The notes under the pieces were generated by a model. The model did not search any database, was not told the DNA's origin, and saw nothing but the letters and a program-made list of their open reading frames with translations. A stretch of 61,434 nt of DNA, filler included, from Platydemus manokwari (lineage: Eukaryota), in NCBI GenBank assembly GCA_037951405.1. It is 5 parts of 5 records of this genome, joined end to end, with 100 filler letters (N's around TTAATTAATTAA, not from the genome) between each part and the next. Parts side by side here need not be neighbours in the genome. Positions count along the whole stretch, not along the records: positions 22,666 to 32,880 come from JBBMOY011157549.1; positions 32,981 to 51,869 come from JBBMOY010144454.1; 3 more parts are not named here. One strand, 5' to 3'. Below are positions 24,950 to 36,833 of the stretch, piece by piece (the stretch's first letter is position 1; every line of letters starts with the position of its first letter). A program made the translations under genes and the position numbers.

Positions 24950-27900
24950 CTGTAGAATTGTCCCTCACCATCACCACCGGGCATTGTAAATCTTCTCCTG
25001 TAATTGCTGAAATTACTAAAACGAAAATAAATTTATAAACATTAAAATAATAGAAAAAAATTGAATATAAAATATAAATTAATAATTTAAAAACACAGAA
25101 ATCCTAAATTGAGAAACTTTTTCTCCTTTTGACTTAATTATTTGTTTATTTAATGTTGCAAGCTTTACCATTAATGTTCAGACAACTTCTTGCAAATGGT
25201 TTTTGAAAATAAATTTGTCTTTGAATAATTTGTCGACAATTATTGGTTTGAAGTCGTATCGGAAATGAATGGTTTAAGATTTTTAATTGATTTTTTAACA
25301 CAATTTAATTGTTAATTAGGGCTAAAGTTAAGAAAAGGGTCTTAAAATGAAAATTTAAATTTGTTGAGTGTATTGCAAAAATCTATGCATATTTTATTTA
25401 GCTATATTATTTAAAAACATTTTGAATTTTTTATTTAAGTACTTAAGAAGAATTTTAGTTGTTTGAAATCAGAAGTTAAATAGACTCGAGCTTAAGAATC
25501 TCCTAAAATTTGATTAATTGAAAAAATGAAAAAAGTAGGTCGAATTGCAAAATTTATTAAAAATTGGCGAGGACCCTTTTTTAACATTAGGTAGCAAATT
25601 GAGAGATATTCTCAATTTTTACAATTATTTTATAAAATTAACCAATGATATTATTAAACATGTCTATAATTAACTAACTCGATTTATAATTAAAATAAAT
25701 TTAAATTTACAAACTCAAATAATCATATAGAAGTGTTGTTATTATAATGGGAACTTGGTTTTAAAACTATGTTTTGTCACTATTAGACATCTTAAAAAAT
25801 GAGAAATCAACTGAATTATACGAATAAATAACACATAGCAGTTATATATAAAATTAAATTATAAAAATATCTCATGAGCGAAAATTCATTATAACGAAAG
25901 TAGGGCAAAGGACACTTTTTCTTAACTTAACCCGTTTTTCATTTTGAACTTCTCTGTCAATTGTAAAGATTCATTAATCTCATAAAAATATTCGTTAATA
26001 TCTAATAAGCACACGCGTACTTGGTTAATGAAATATATGAATCATAATTATTTTGAAAGTGACCTAAATGCAATTTTCTAAAATATCAATCTGGTTATTG
26101 GAATATTTACATTTCTATGTTATGCTCAATCTTTCTATTAATTAGCTTATTTTCTTTTTATAAAAATATTTTTGATTTTGAATAAGTATTTGAATAAGAT
26201 ATTATGAAAAAATATCTTTTTAAAAAATGGACTTATTATTTTCAAAATACATTTAGCATAAATTAAAATAGTATTTAGGATATTTTTTTGAAAATAATAT
26301 CAGTTGGCCTTTCAAATAACCCATCAATAGAATTCTACAGTTAGCTTTATTAAGTTTGGGGAAAAAAAATTGTCGTCGTTGTTTTAATAATTATGAATAA
26401 ATAATGAACGATTGTTTCACTTAAACATCACTAGTCGTTAATCAGCAAGGAAAATTTTGAAACATGATATCATAAACAATTGTTTATTTTGTGTAACAAA
26501 ACTGAATATCAACAATGCATAACACATACTAAGCTTGTTCATGGTTCCCTGGCACTGTCATATAAGGAATTTTCGATGCAATCGGTTGTATTTGGCGCAT
26601 ATATTGATCTCCAGTTCGTGCATTATACTAAATTTGGTATTATTGTTTACAAATTATCAATTCGACTCACAGTATCCAAATCGTAAGCAAAATCACCGAC
26701 GTGTAGTAACATATCATAATTTCCAGATTCCGTTTCTCTTTGAAGAGCAGCTAAAGATCTGGCATTAAGATTACCCATATCTCCAATAACAACAAATCTC
26801 ATTGGATATTCGGAACCCGATGGATAAGTTCGAAAAGATTGAATTTCCGACCATCCATACTTTGAACCAACGATATAACCTGAATTATTGTTATTGAAAA
26901 TAAAACAACGTGTTTGCACAATTTGAACAAGCTTATTATCACTCCAATCGAAAACATGTTTCCCATTTATTTTCATTTTTTTAGTTTAGTTTCATTATTT
27001 TCATAAGGTCTAAAATATTTTAAAATTTGGTTTTTAAGACTTTTAGTGTCACTTTAACTAATGAAAAAAGACGGAATATTCTTATCCACTTTATTTTTAA
27101 ATAATGCATTGAATTATAGTTTGTGCTTGACAAGTTGTAACTGGCCGCAAAATTCACTGTTAGTTGTAATTGAATTTAAGATACCTCGTTACTTGTATTT
27201 AGTTTTTACCCCATAAGCATCGATTTATGTTTATCGATTTGTTCATCTTTGCTTATATACCAAACATAGTCAGTATCCATACTTGGTTAACATAATCGTT
27301 TTTCATAGTACTGATGATGTGATATTAAGGAGGCTTGACTATATTTCTAATGATAAAATTTCGATTCCGACCTTACAAAGATTGAATAATCTTCACAAAA
27401 ATTCAAAAATGTTTCAGTTATTTATAGATGGAAGATTTTGTCGATTGAATCTAACAATAATTCCAACAGGTAGTCTATCAATAGACCGGATTTGATTGTT
27501 CTTTATTCCTTAAGTATCATTGATGATCATGAATTCACTTCAGGCAGTAGGCATTTGCCGTAATAACAATCTGATATGCTATCAGAACATTCTTTCCAAG
27601 ATGCATTAATTAAAAAGTGTTTTTCCTGAACATTTTTACGACAAACCCAACACTCACAAATCCCAAAATCAATTATTATCATCAACAGACATGTACATGA
27701 ATATTTTTTAAACATTAATAATAAAACCAACTATATTCGGTTGACGGTGTCAAATTCGTTAATGTCACTCTGTGCATGTAGATTTGCCTTTTCTCAGAAC
27801 CACCGTCAACGAACAAGTCTACTGTTCCATTTTGCTTCAAAGTCAAATCTGATCCGATTCCATAAATGACAATACTTTCATTGACCCATGATAATGTCAC

Positions 27901-28075
27901 CCATGTTACCACAAATGTATTAGCATCATCTGTTAATAACAATTGATATCGATATTTTAAAAAGATTTACAAACAAACTTCCAATTGAGAGATGAATTTG
28001 TTCTGGTTGATTATAAAGTTGACTGGTTATATCACTGATAAAAAACGCTAATAGATAGATACACACAATTAACAT
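24950..28075 (-). CDS. ACP7: Purple acid phosphatase-like protein (acid phosphatase type 7), 5' part
   Basis: Exons 28075-27979, 27929-27732, 26879-26671, 26627-26530 and 25015-24950. Signal peptide plus QPEQIHLS, VVTWVT, HRVTLTNL, GDMG, HVGDFAYD, PYMTVPGNHE and NFSNYRRRFTMP. Later exons were not found before the contig end. Confidence 0.93.
25320..25932 (+). mobile_element. Full-length MITE (~610 bp) of family 'GGCTAAAGTTAAGAAAA' inside an ACP7 intron
   Basis: Left end GGCTAAAGTTAAGAAAAGGGTC and right end GACACTTTTTCTTAACTTAACC are inverted repeats. Three copies are in the window. TSD unresolved. Confidence 0.8.
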
Positions 28076-28461
28076 TTTTTCGAATAAATACTTCAATATC
28101 ATGAATCTATTTAGTCCGTTAAAACCATTAGGTGAAATAATTACAATAAAATAAAAAATAATCGAATTTTTATTTATTTCAATTTAAAAAAAAATTTTTT
28201 TCATTATAAATACTACAATTAACATTCATGGTATTCTAACATCTTTAATTAAAGCTTTCCTGATTAATAATCTAATATTATAATGTTTAAATAATATATT
28301 ATTGATTTTTTAATGTTAATATCAAATACCAGTATTTTGACTTCAGTATTTTATTATTTTTGTTAATATTTTCAAGTGATTCCATCGAAAACTTTTATTT
28401 GTTCTAACTACAGATTATCATAAAATCTCTAAAATATTTTGAGGGCAGCCAACATGAACAT

Positions 28462-28609
28462 TGTGAGGATTAATTAAAATAATTAAAAATAATAACTTTT
28501 AAAACATTTTAAAATTTAATATTTTTATATTAAATGTTTCAAAAGAATTTTAAAAGTTTTGAAATGTTTTGAAAGTTATTATTTTTAATTATTTTAATTA
28601 ATCCTCACA
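28462..28609. mobile_element. 148-bp foldback MITE with TG...CA termini and 5-bp TSD (AACAT)
   Basis: Perfect ~38-bp TIR TGTGAGGATTAATTAAAATAATTAAAAATAATAACTTT, extending imperfectly inward. AACAT at 28457-28461 and 28610-28614. Confidence 0.88.
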
Positions 28610-30099
28610 AACATATTTCTTGTTCTCTAATCTTTTGCTTTAGTTAAACTTTTCGAATCCTTTTAGTCTCATGAACGTATTCTCCCTATTAATCTAATAT
28701 CAATAATCACATAGTTTCTGATTATTACTTCACCGCATGATAACAAATTGATTATAATTCGTCTCATTTAAAAATGAACAATAAAATTTAATCATTATTA
28801 TTAAATCTGAAACACTAACATTTTCCATCCATTCTTCGTGTTGAAAAACACTTTAATTGCTTATATAATAATAGTTCTAATATCTATTAAAGGAAATAAA
28901 ACAAATGAAAATTTCAAACAATCAGAATACTTCTCTGCTGATAAAATGAGCCTAAAGAAGATTAGAATGGCAAAAAATGTTCGTTTTCAAATCATTAATG
29001 ATAAAAAATTAATGTATAATCAGTAATTAATATATTAATATTAGATAATTCTATTTGGATAATTTATTAATAAATCAGTTGTTTAAATGAATCAGTAATA
29101 TAAATTCTGAATCTGCTTTTAAGTAATCTTAGATTTTTGACAATCTTTCATGAGCAAAACGCTTTTGAAATTAATCTTCGCAGTCATTATGATCAGGATT
29201 TTTGTGAAAGTCAATTGAACAAGCATTTGATAATAATTCTGAAAACCTGATATGGACTTGAATATCAAAGTAAACAAATTCAATGGATATTCAATATTCG
29301 GATGAATGTCAACCCGTTGCGGTTGACAATAGAATCCAATTTCCATTTGAAAGCTAATAATCTCAATGGTTATTGTAACTGTTTATAAATTTGTCAAGGT
29401 GAATTCAATAAAAATGAGTTCTATTATCTCGTTTCGCCAATTCATATCAAGTGTCTTTGGTGTTTATGTATATTGTATTGAACTATGGCATAAATATGAA
29501 ATCAGAAATTCAATTGGATGCCAGATAAATAAACAATAAGAATTTTCTATTGTTGAAAACATTCAACTGAAACAATCCACGCATTGATATTCTCTACAAG
29601 TAAAACAAGTTATTTTATCGATGGAAATGAAATTCTTTAATTATCATATTGGTTTGGTGTTTTGACTACAAATAAAAACTCGTTTTCAGCTGTTATAAAA
29701 TATCAAAGAAGATTAATGTTAAACATTTTGAACATTTTAAATGTCCAACATATGTTTGATAGATTCATTTTTTTTACCACAAACGAATTTTTTGAAAATT
29801 ACAACGCTGAAAATAATAGTATGAGCCAGCTAACATTGACTATCATTTCCTATATCTAGAGGCTTCAGAATATAAACATCTTTTTGTCTTATTGTTTAAT
29901 AATATCTGTTGCCAGTTTAAGAAACTATTACTACTTATAAATTGCTAACCTGAGAACATCAATAAATATATTATATAAAACAATCATATCAAAACAGATT
30001 TGTTTCTCATTTTATAATAAAATTTGGTCTATCTATTTTGGTCAGTAAGGAATTTTTGGTGTGAATGTGTAATTATCATGGAAAATAAAATCTTTGAAG

Positions 30100-30574
30100 C
30101 TACGATAAAAATTGCTTTTTCATGGTGATCTTTTTCACAAGTGATGGAGCTAATTGCACAAATTCCGATGATTGCATGTCGAAAATATTTTCCACATACT
30201 CGGGACTCATCCTCAATAGTTCGATGCTTTGAAGCGTATTCAGTAATTTCTTGAGACTTCTCACATCACTTTTCAAATCTTTAACATTGACGGAATATTT
30301 TTGCAAATTGTTCTTGATTTTAAAGAATTCGTTTTCGTCGTGTTTGGATTTATTTTCAACATATTCCGCTGCATTAGATATCATACCAATTTTCGAAGAC
30401 ATTTGGGAGATATTTTCCTGAATTCTAATTAAACTGCTCTCCAGATCTTTTATTTCTCTTTGCAATTTCTGATGCTTAAACTGTAATAAAAATAAATAAA
30501 CATTTCTGAAATAGAAACATCATTAATAATCAATAAACAAATTATTAACTATTCATTGGAGGTTCGCGAGACAT
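30100..30574 (-). CDS. Orphan coiled-coil ORF (possibly frameshifted)
   Basis: Open frame 30480-30100 (FKHQKLQREIKDLESSLIRIQENISQM...) has heptad-like character. A candidate first exon MSREPPMN (30574-30550) is phase 1, which does not match the available acceptors. Confidence 0.4.
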
Positions 30575-30599
30575 TTTTAAATAACCATCGTTATATTAA

Positions 30600-31393
30600 C
30601 ACGTTGACGGACACTTGCGTCTATAACCGTCTAAAACGAAACGGTCTTTTTTGGACAATGCGGCTATAGCGGCACAAATATCCATTTGACGGCGTACAAA
30701 TCGATGACTAGTGTCATGTTTTGAAAACAATTCTTTCGGGTGACTTTTGTTTTCCACCTATTACACGACTTGCAGCTTAAGTACGCACGTGGTTGCGAAG
30801 AGAGTAGTGAAGGAAAGCAATCATACGATCTCTAGCTGGTATAAATTATAAACAGAATGGAAGGTCTTTGGTTCAATTTAAAGATTCAAGAATCCAAACA
30901 AATAAAATGAACTATAAAGGAACACAGCATTTTCCTGAGAAAATTTCCCGTTCTGAAAATTATCAGTGAAAAACATTTTTACGGCTTTGTAAACAATTTT
31001 ATAAACAGGGAATACGGAAGGAAACATCATATCGCTGCAAGAATTGCATATCAAAAGCTGCACTGTGTCCTGCACCATGTTTTGAAACATGGCATACCGA
31101 AAATAATGTGTAATAATTATTAAATCATAATAAATTTTTTTGTCATTTATTTATTTTTGTTAGATTAAAATTAAGCTTATTTAGGCAGAAAAAGTAAAAT
31201 GGCATACCGAAAATAATGTGTAATAATTATTAAATCATAATAATTTTTTTATGTCATTTATTTATTTTTGTTAGATTAAAATTAAGCTTATTTAGGCAGA
31301 AAAAGTAAAACTATACTTCTAATATTCTAAAAATTACAAAAACATATAGTGTTAAATTTCGAACTTCATTTGTTTCTACTGTCCGTTAATGTG
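30600..31393 (+). mobile_element. Internally deleted piggyBac element (794 bp)
   Basis: TTAA on both sides (30596-30599, 31394-31397). TIRs CACGTTGACGGACA and CACATTAACGGACA match 12/14. Retains the transposase Cys-rich tail RLCKQFYKQGIRKETSYRCKNCISKAALCPAPCFETWH (~30980-31113) and has an internal ~110-bp tandem duplication at 31089-31310. Confidence 0.93.
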
Positions 31394-32064
31394 TTAAAAT
31401 TAAAATTATTGCTTGCTATTTTTATATTGCGTTACAGTTTTATATCATAAAATATTTTCACATTTGAGAAGAATCTTAAATGAAAAAATGAACTGGATTT
31501 AATGAGAGAGTGTAGAAATTTTCAGAAAAAAATGTGAAATTATTTTTATTGGACATTATTAAGTTCCTTAATGTTTGATTTGTAATGGAAATGATGCAAT
31601 CATTCAAAATTATTCCTCATCATATAAACGTATGGACAACTATAAGAAAAAAATAACGGAAAAGAATGTATGATATTGTCAAGCATTATGTTTTGGAAAA
31701 AGTTTCATTCCGAACAAAAGCCATTATAAAAGCTAATTTTGAAGTAATGGTTAAGATTACATAGCAATGGTAACAAAATGTTGATGATGAGTTAGTCAAG
31801 GTACACAGTGAAATTGGCTGTTCACATCTATTCCATAAAGAAAGTAATTATGGAAGTGGCTAAATCATTTATAAAATGTAATATTATTATTTTACTATTC
31901 TCTAATTTCATAATTTTGTAGAACTATGTGACCTGCATTGTATAAATTAACAAACTCTGTGGTCCACTAGTTATTAAACTTTACCCAAGACTGCCTTAGA
32001 GAATTAAAATCAAAATTTAATCATCAATGAATTAATTATAAAAATCAGAATTGGATATTTAATT

Positions 32065-32772
32065 CAGTGGTTTTCGACTTTTTTTGCTGGAAAGGAACCC
32101 CACGGAAACATTCCTCTGGCTCAAGGAACCACTGTGCAATAATTTAATTGTTTTATACAGAAAACAGCATTAATTTTTTAAAATGAAATAAAAGTTTTTA
32201 TGTTCAGAGTATTGTACACGTTTGTTGATGAAATAAAAACAAAATGGTATATATGAATAGATTAAATTTTTTCTTATCAAAAATTCAGTGGGAAATATGA
32301 GCCTGGTGTCTCTTGTCCAACTCTTTAAAATTCGGTCGTGTTTTTTAACTGACACACACGAAGTTCATCATCCACAAACAGCAATTGTGCTCGTGTTTGA
32401 TGGTTGTCAGAGTTGAAAGTCCAAATTCACAAAAATATGAGGTTGAAAATTGCACAAAAAGTCGTAGTGCTCTGTGAGCAATTGCATGATATTCTTTTTA
32501 AACCAGCAATCAAAATATATAAAAACAAACCTAATAGTGGTAGAGCATAGTGATCTTTCAAATGGACCGAGTTTAATTATGTTAAATTTACTATATTTAA
32601 ACAATAAATAATAATAAAATAATAAAAATAATAATAAAAATAATAATAAAAATAATAATAAAATATATAGTCGAAATTGAATTTAACATATTGTTTATTT
32701 GTTTCTTTGTTGTAATTTAGAAATTGCAGAACCCCTGTAGTGTACTGGAGTAACCGTGGTTGAAAACCACTG
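32065..32772 (-). mobile_element. Non-autonomous hAT (Buster/Charlie-type) element, 708 bp
   Basis: TIRs CAGTGGTTTTC.AC and GTTGAAAACCACTG with a perfect 8-bp TSD ATTTAATT. Minus-strand remnant RAQLLFVDDELRVC...ELDKRHQAHISH* resembles the Buster transposase C-terminus. Contains (AATAATAAA)n at ~32605-32665. Confidence 0.92.
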
Positions 32773-32880
32773 ATTTAATTATTTGCAAAAAGGAATCAAA
32801 TGGTGATCTCGTTTTACGAGATTTTAAATAAATCACTAGATGATAACAAGAAATCGAATATTCTTAAATCATTGATTAAT

Positions 32881-32980
32881 NNNNNNNNNNNNNNNNNNNN
32901 NNNNNNNNNNNNNNNNNNNNNNNNTTAATTAATTAANNNNNNNNNNNNNNNNNNNNNNNNNNNNNNNNNNNNNNNNNNNN
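32881..32980. other. Artificial contig linker
   Basis: N44-TTAATTAATTAA-N44. Confidence 0.97.
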
Positions 32981-33431
32981 TTCACCAACAATATATTTTG
33001 CTTATTTATTTATTTTTAATATTGATCTCATTATTATTTTATTATTATCAACATTTCCAATAATCACTTTATTACGTACGAAATTATAAAAATAGTCGAT
33101 GATATTATACTGCTGTTATTCACATTTATTGTAATTATGATTTATTACATCATTTCTCAATATATGGTTACGTAACTGCTGAGTTGTCAAAAGTAAGTCC
33201 ATAGTTAATAGCGAGACCTCATTAATTTTTCTTATTGAAAGCTGCCAAAATTAACCATATTCGAACTTCAATATTTTTAAAGATTTCACCACAATTTTTA
33301 TGAAGGAATAAAAGACATTCAAAACTATTTTTTCTTATTTTTTTTTAATTTTCCTTATTTTTAATCGAAAGATTTCTTTATAAAATATACATTTCCGAGA
33401 TAATTATTGAATCAAAGGAGACAAATGATAC

Positions 33432-34140
33432 CTGTAAATGGGGCCAAGAAGCCTCCAAAAACGGATCCTCTTCATCTCCGTCGGGATCCGGTCCCGTAAC
33501 ATTGCATGACGGTGGCAACGTTCGAAACACATTCGTACCGACCATGCAAACAACCTCTTTGTAAACAGCATCACTAAGAACACCGGTATTCGATGAGAAA
33601 TATTCACAGATCTCCACTAGAGCTTTCTTTTTTATCTCCTTGTATTTGAGATCGCTCATCAGATCTGTGAAGTCGAACACAACGCTACATTGGCGTAATT
33701 TTTCAATGAGAAGCGCCTCACGTTCAGTCGGTTGAACGTCTGTACGAGAACGGTTAAAAAACAATGTATGAGAATGAAACAATTTCGTATGCCTTTAAAG
33801 TATGGAAGCTCTGTTATTTCTCTGAAGGCACTGATTTTGAAACGAGAAGAAAACTGGCGATTGTCCTTAACTTTGGCAACACCCAGAATATCAATATTTG
33901 ACTTTTTACCAGCAGGAATCGATGGTTTTTTACTGTTGATATTGAGGTCAATCTTTTCTGGTTTTTCAATTGATTTTGATTTTGGTTCCTTATAAGTGTT
34001 AGCAACAGTATTACAATGTTGTTATTAGAATAATTATTTACATTTGTTGGAGTTTTCGATGTTGTTGTTGGGGTTTTTTCTGGCCGTTTAACACCAGATC
34101 GCTTAGCTGTTAAATTATTTAAGTTAGAAGTCAATGGCAT
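33432..34140 (-). CDS. PPP2R5: PP2A regulatory subunit B56 (B') family, 5' part; truncated by contig end
   Basis: Exons 34140-34042, 33988-33793 and 33739-33432. Motifs SSRFKIS..REITELPYFK|DV, LLIEKLRQCSVVFDF, LKYKEIKKKAL, NVFRTLPP and EEDPFLEASWPHLQ. Intron 33740-33792 is GC-AG. Confidence 0.93.
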
Positions 34141-34850
34141 TATCAATAGATTTGTATAATTTCATGGCCAAATTAATTAATTTTAAATTTTTAAAACAAA
34201 TTTCCAAACGCTCTTATTGGAATACAAAATAGAAATTAATTATTAACAAATAAATAACAAACTAATTATATTGAAACCTTAACTTTTTAAAAAATATATA
34301 AATGAAGTTAGGTGCTATATCAGTGATAAAATCTAGATTTTAAGTTTCAATTTATAAATTAAAGTTGCTAATTAATAAATGTTTTGGATTATTTTTGTTA
34401 TTAAGAATAAAAATTAAATCAGATTAAACTCCAAAAAAATGATGTCAAACCCGAATTGATTCAATGAATTGTTTTTAATGTAATAAATTTTATTGAATAA
34501 AAATATGTATGTCTTGGGCAAGCAGCGAAAATGACGCTGTCTCCAACATCCACGAACAAAATTTCTATAATATAGAAACTGAAAACCCCTATTGAGTGAA
34601 GCATTTGTCAAAGATTTCGATAAAGTTTGTGGTATCAGGATTGTGTTTTGATATCTCTAATTTATTTGGACTCCAACAGAAAAGATTCCAGATGAATTCT
34701 CGGTGATAATTAAAAATAATATTTAAAATATACTTATAAAATAAGACAATCTAGAACAATAAAATGTATATGATTAATAGTGATAAAATTCACTAATCTA
34801 GAAAATAATATGTAATGTAAAATAAAATATATGTATGCAAAATAAAAGTA

Positions 34851-35530
34851 AAGAGCGTGCGTGCTGCTTAGGTGCTCGGACTGGCCCCTATCTAAAAATC
34901 GAAAGTGGGAAATTAAGTATGATCTTCTTATCATATATTTTAATAGACCGCAGGACTATTGCTAGCTATGTGTATGTAGTTAATTATTATGGAAATAATA
35001 AAAAATAGTCTCCTTGTATAAAATATTGAAAATCAAACGGGATAACCGGGACGCTTCTTTTAATGAATTAAACTAAATGAAATAGCTACTTGTAAGATGA
35101 ACAATAAGTTTTCATAAATGAAATTTGTAATTTAAAGTTTTCTAATTCAACAATATGTTGTAAAATTGTGCTCTAGAAATATTTGTGCACTGAATGACTT
35201 TTGTTGCATGTTAGTGTGTTTTATCTGTCATGTCACTATTTTTAGTAATATTCTATGCTTAGGAGTATGTTTTAATATTTTTGGTGTATGTCATGCATGA
35301 GTTACCAATTTAGGTCAAAGTAGTAATTTTTAGTAACTTTTGTTGTTAATTTTTGGAAATGAAGTGACTTCTATTTTTAAATTTTGACCGAATTTTTCTT
35401 ATAATCTTGAGGACGATTAAGTATATTTAATTTTGATGTAACAAAACAAATTAATTTTTTTGTCAATATTTTCAATTGAAAGATAACATTTTTTCTATTT
35501 TATTTAAAAAATTTTGTACTTACTGTTTAT
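34851..35530 (+). repeat. Diverged ~700-bp interspersed repeat (copy 1)
   Basis: Colinear blocks shared with 59138-59830: AG(A/G)GCGT, AAAAA..GAAAGTGGGAAA, ATATTTTAA.AGAC, AGTTAATTATTA, ATATTC.ATGC, TTTTTAGTAACTTTT and GTGACTT. Boundaries approximate. Confidence 0.55.
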
Positions 35531-36696
35531 AATTATTTTGGTAGTTTAGATAGTGCGAAAATGGTTCGATTGGTTTCCCAAACAGTAAAGTCGGACTTGA
35601 ATGACACCTCGATGTATCTGACAGACCGAAATTATGACATATATTACATCAAAGAACACATCAAGCTTAGAGATGCAAAAGATACAAGATTATCTATAGA
35701 AATCCGGGCGACAAATTTTTATAAATGGACGCTAGATATTATATAGATACTTGCAATGGTAATTATGATTACTTTATATCGATTACAGCATTTGATTTCT
35801 CTACAAATTAGTCATTCTAATTTAAAATTTATTTTGAGTGTCATTTATTGTAATAAAATTGTCCTTTAAGAAATATTTTTATCACGTGTTTGTGTCCTTA
35901 TATTTTCTAAATAAGGCACATTCTACAGTTTTAAATTTGCTAAACCCTCTTTTGACTTCGACTTAATTTTAACAAATTGTCATAAGAAAATAATCAATTG
36001 AAATTTTTCACATAACTGAAACTGATATAGATATTAAGCCTAGCAAACTGGTAGACTAAATATAATATAGCTCATATTATTTAGAAGATGGGCATTATTT
36101 AAATAGTCCCAGAAACTTACCACATGTGACATAGTGGCACTACTTCTCCACCAAGGTTGCTGAGTATCAAATTGTAAAGACAAATAAAAATTCTATTTAA
36201 GAGAATTCTATTGACAAAATTTTATAAATGCAATGATCAAATCTTCAGCTTTAATATTTTGTTTAGTGTTCTACGTGATCCATTTATAAGAGTGGTTAGG
36301 TCTATAAATGTGGGAGTTCTGATTTATCTTGACCAAATCTAATTCACATTCTCCTTTTAAATTGTAAAAAATTAAGAATTAAATTTGAATCCGACACCAA
36401 AGACAAAAAAACACTGGAAAACACTGGAAAATAGCAACTGAAAGGAATCAGCAGACGAAGCAGCTATAAGAGAGGTTGCTGGAACAAGCTCAGGAAGCCC
36501 TTAATTCGCGTAGATACCCAGAGAAGGAAGAAGAATGAATACCAGTACGAAGGTCCATACTAAATTTCCGGATTCAATTCAAACAAGCAGTGGAGATATA
36601 AATTCACTCATGCAATATAATCCAGACAATTTGAAACGATGGGGCGGGCCTTAAGACGATGCGAGTAACGGGGTTAAATAAACAACAATGTTTTAA

Positions 36697-36833
36697 TTTT
36701 TAAAATAATTGATTGGCGGATTAGTTCAGTTTTTTAAATAAAAATTATATTTGCGAATGTCAATGACGTCACTAGAATAATTGACATTCTGAACATCAGA
36801 CCTTACACACCAATCTAAATTATTTGTTTAAAA
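36697..36833. repeat. Nested imperfect palindrome with inverted CCAAT boxes and central CRE
   Basis: Outer arms AAATAATT..GATTGG...GTTCAG and CTGAAC...CCAATC..AATTATTT. Inner arms GAATGTCAAT (36755) and ATTGACATTC (36780) are perfect. TGACGTCA at 36764. Confidence 0.55.
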
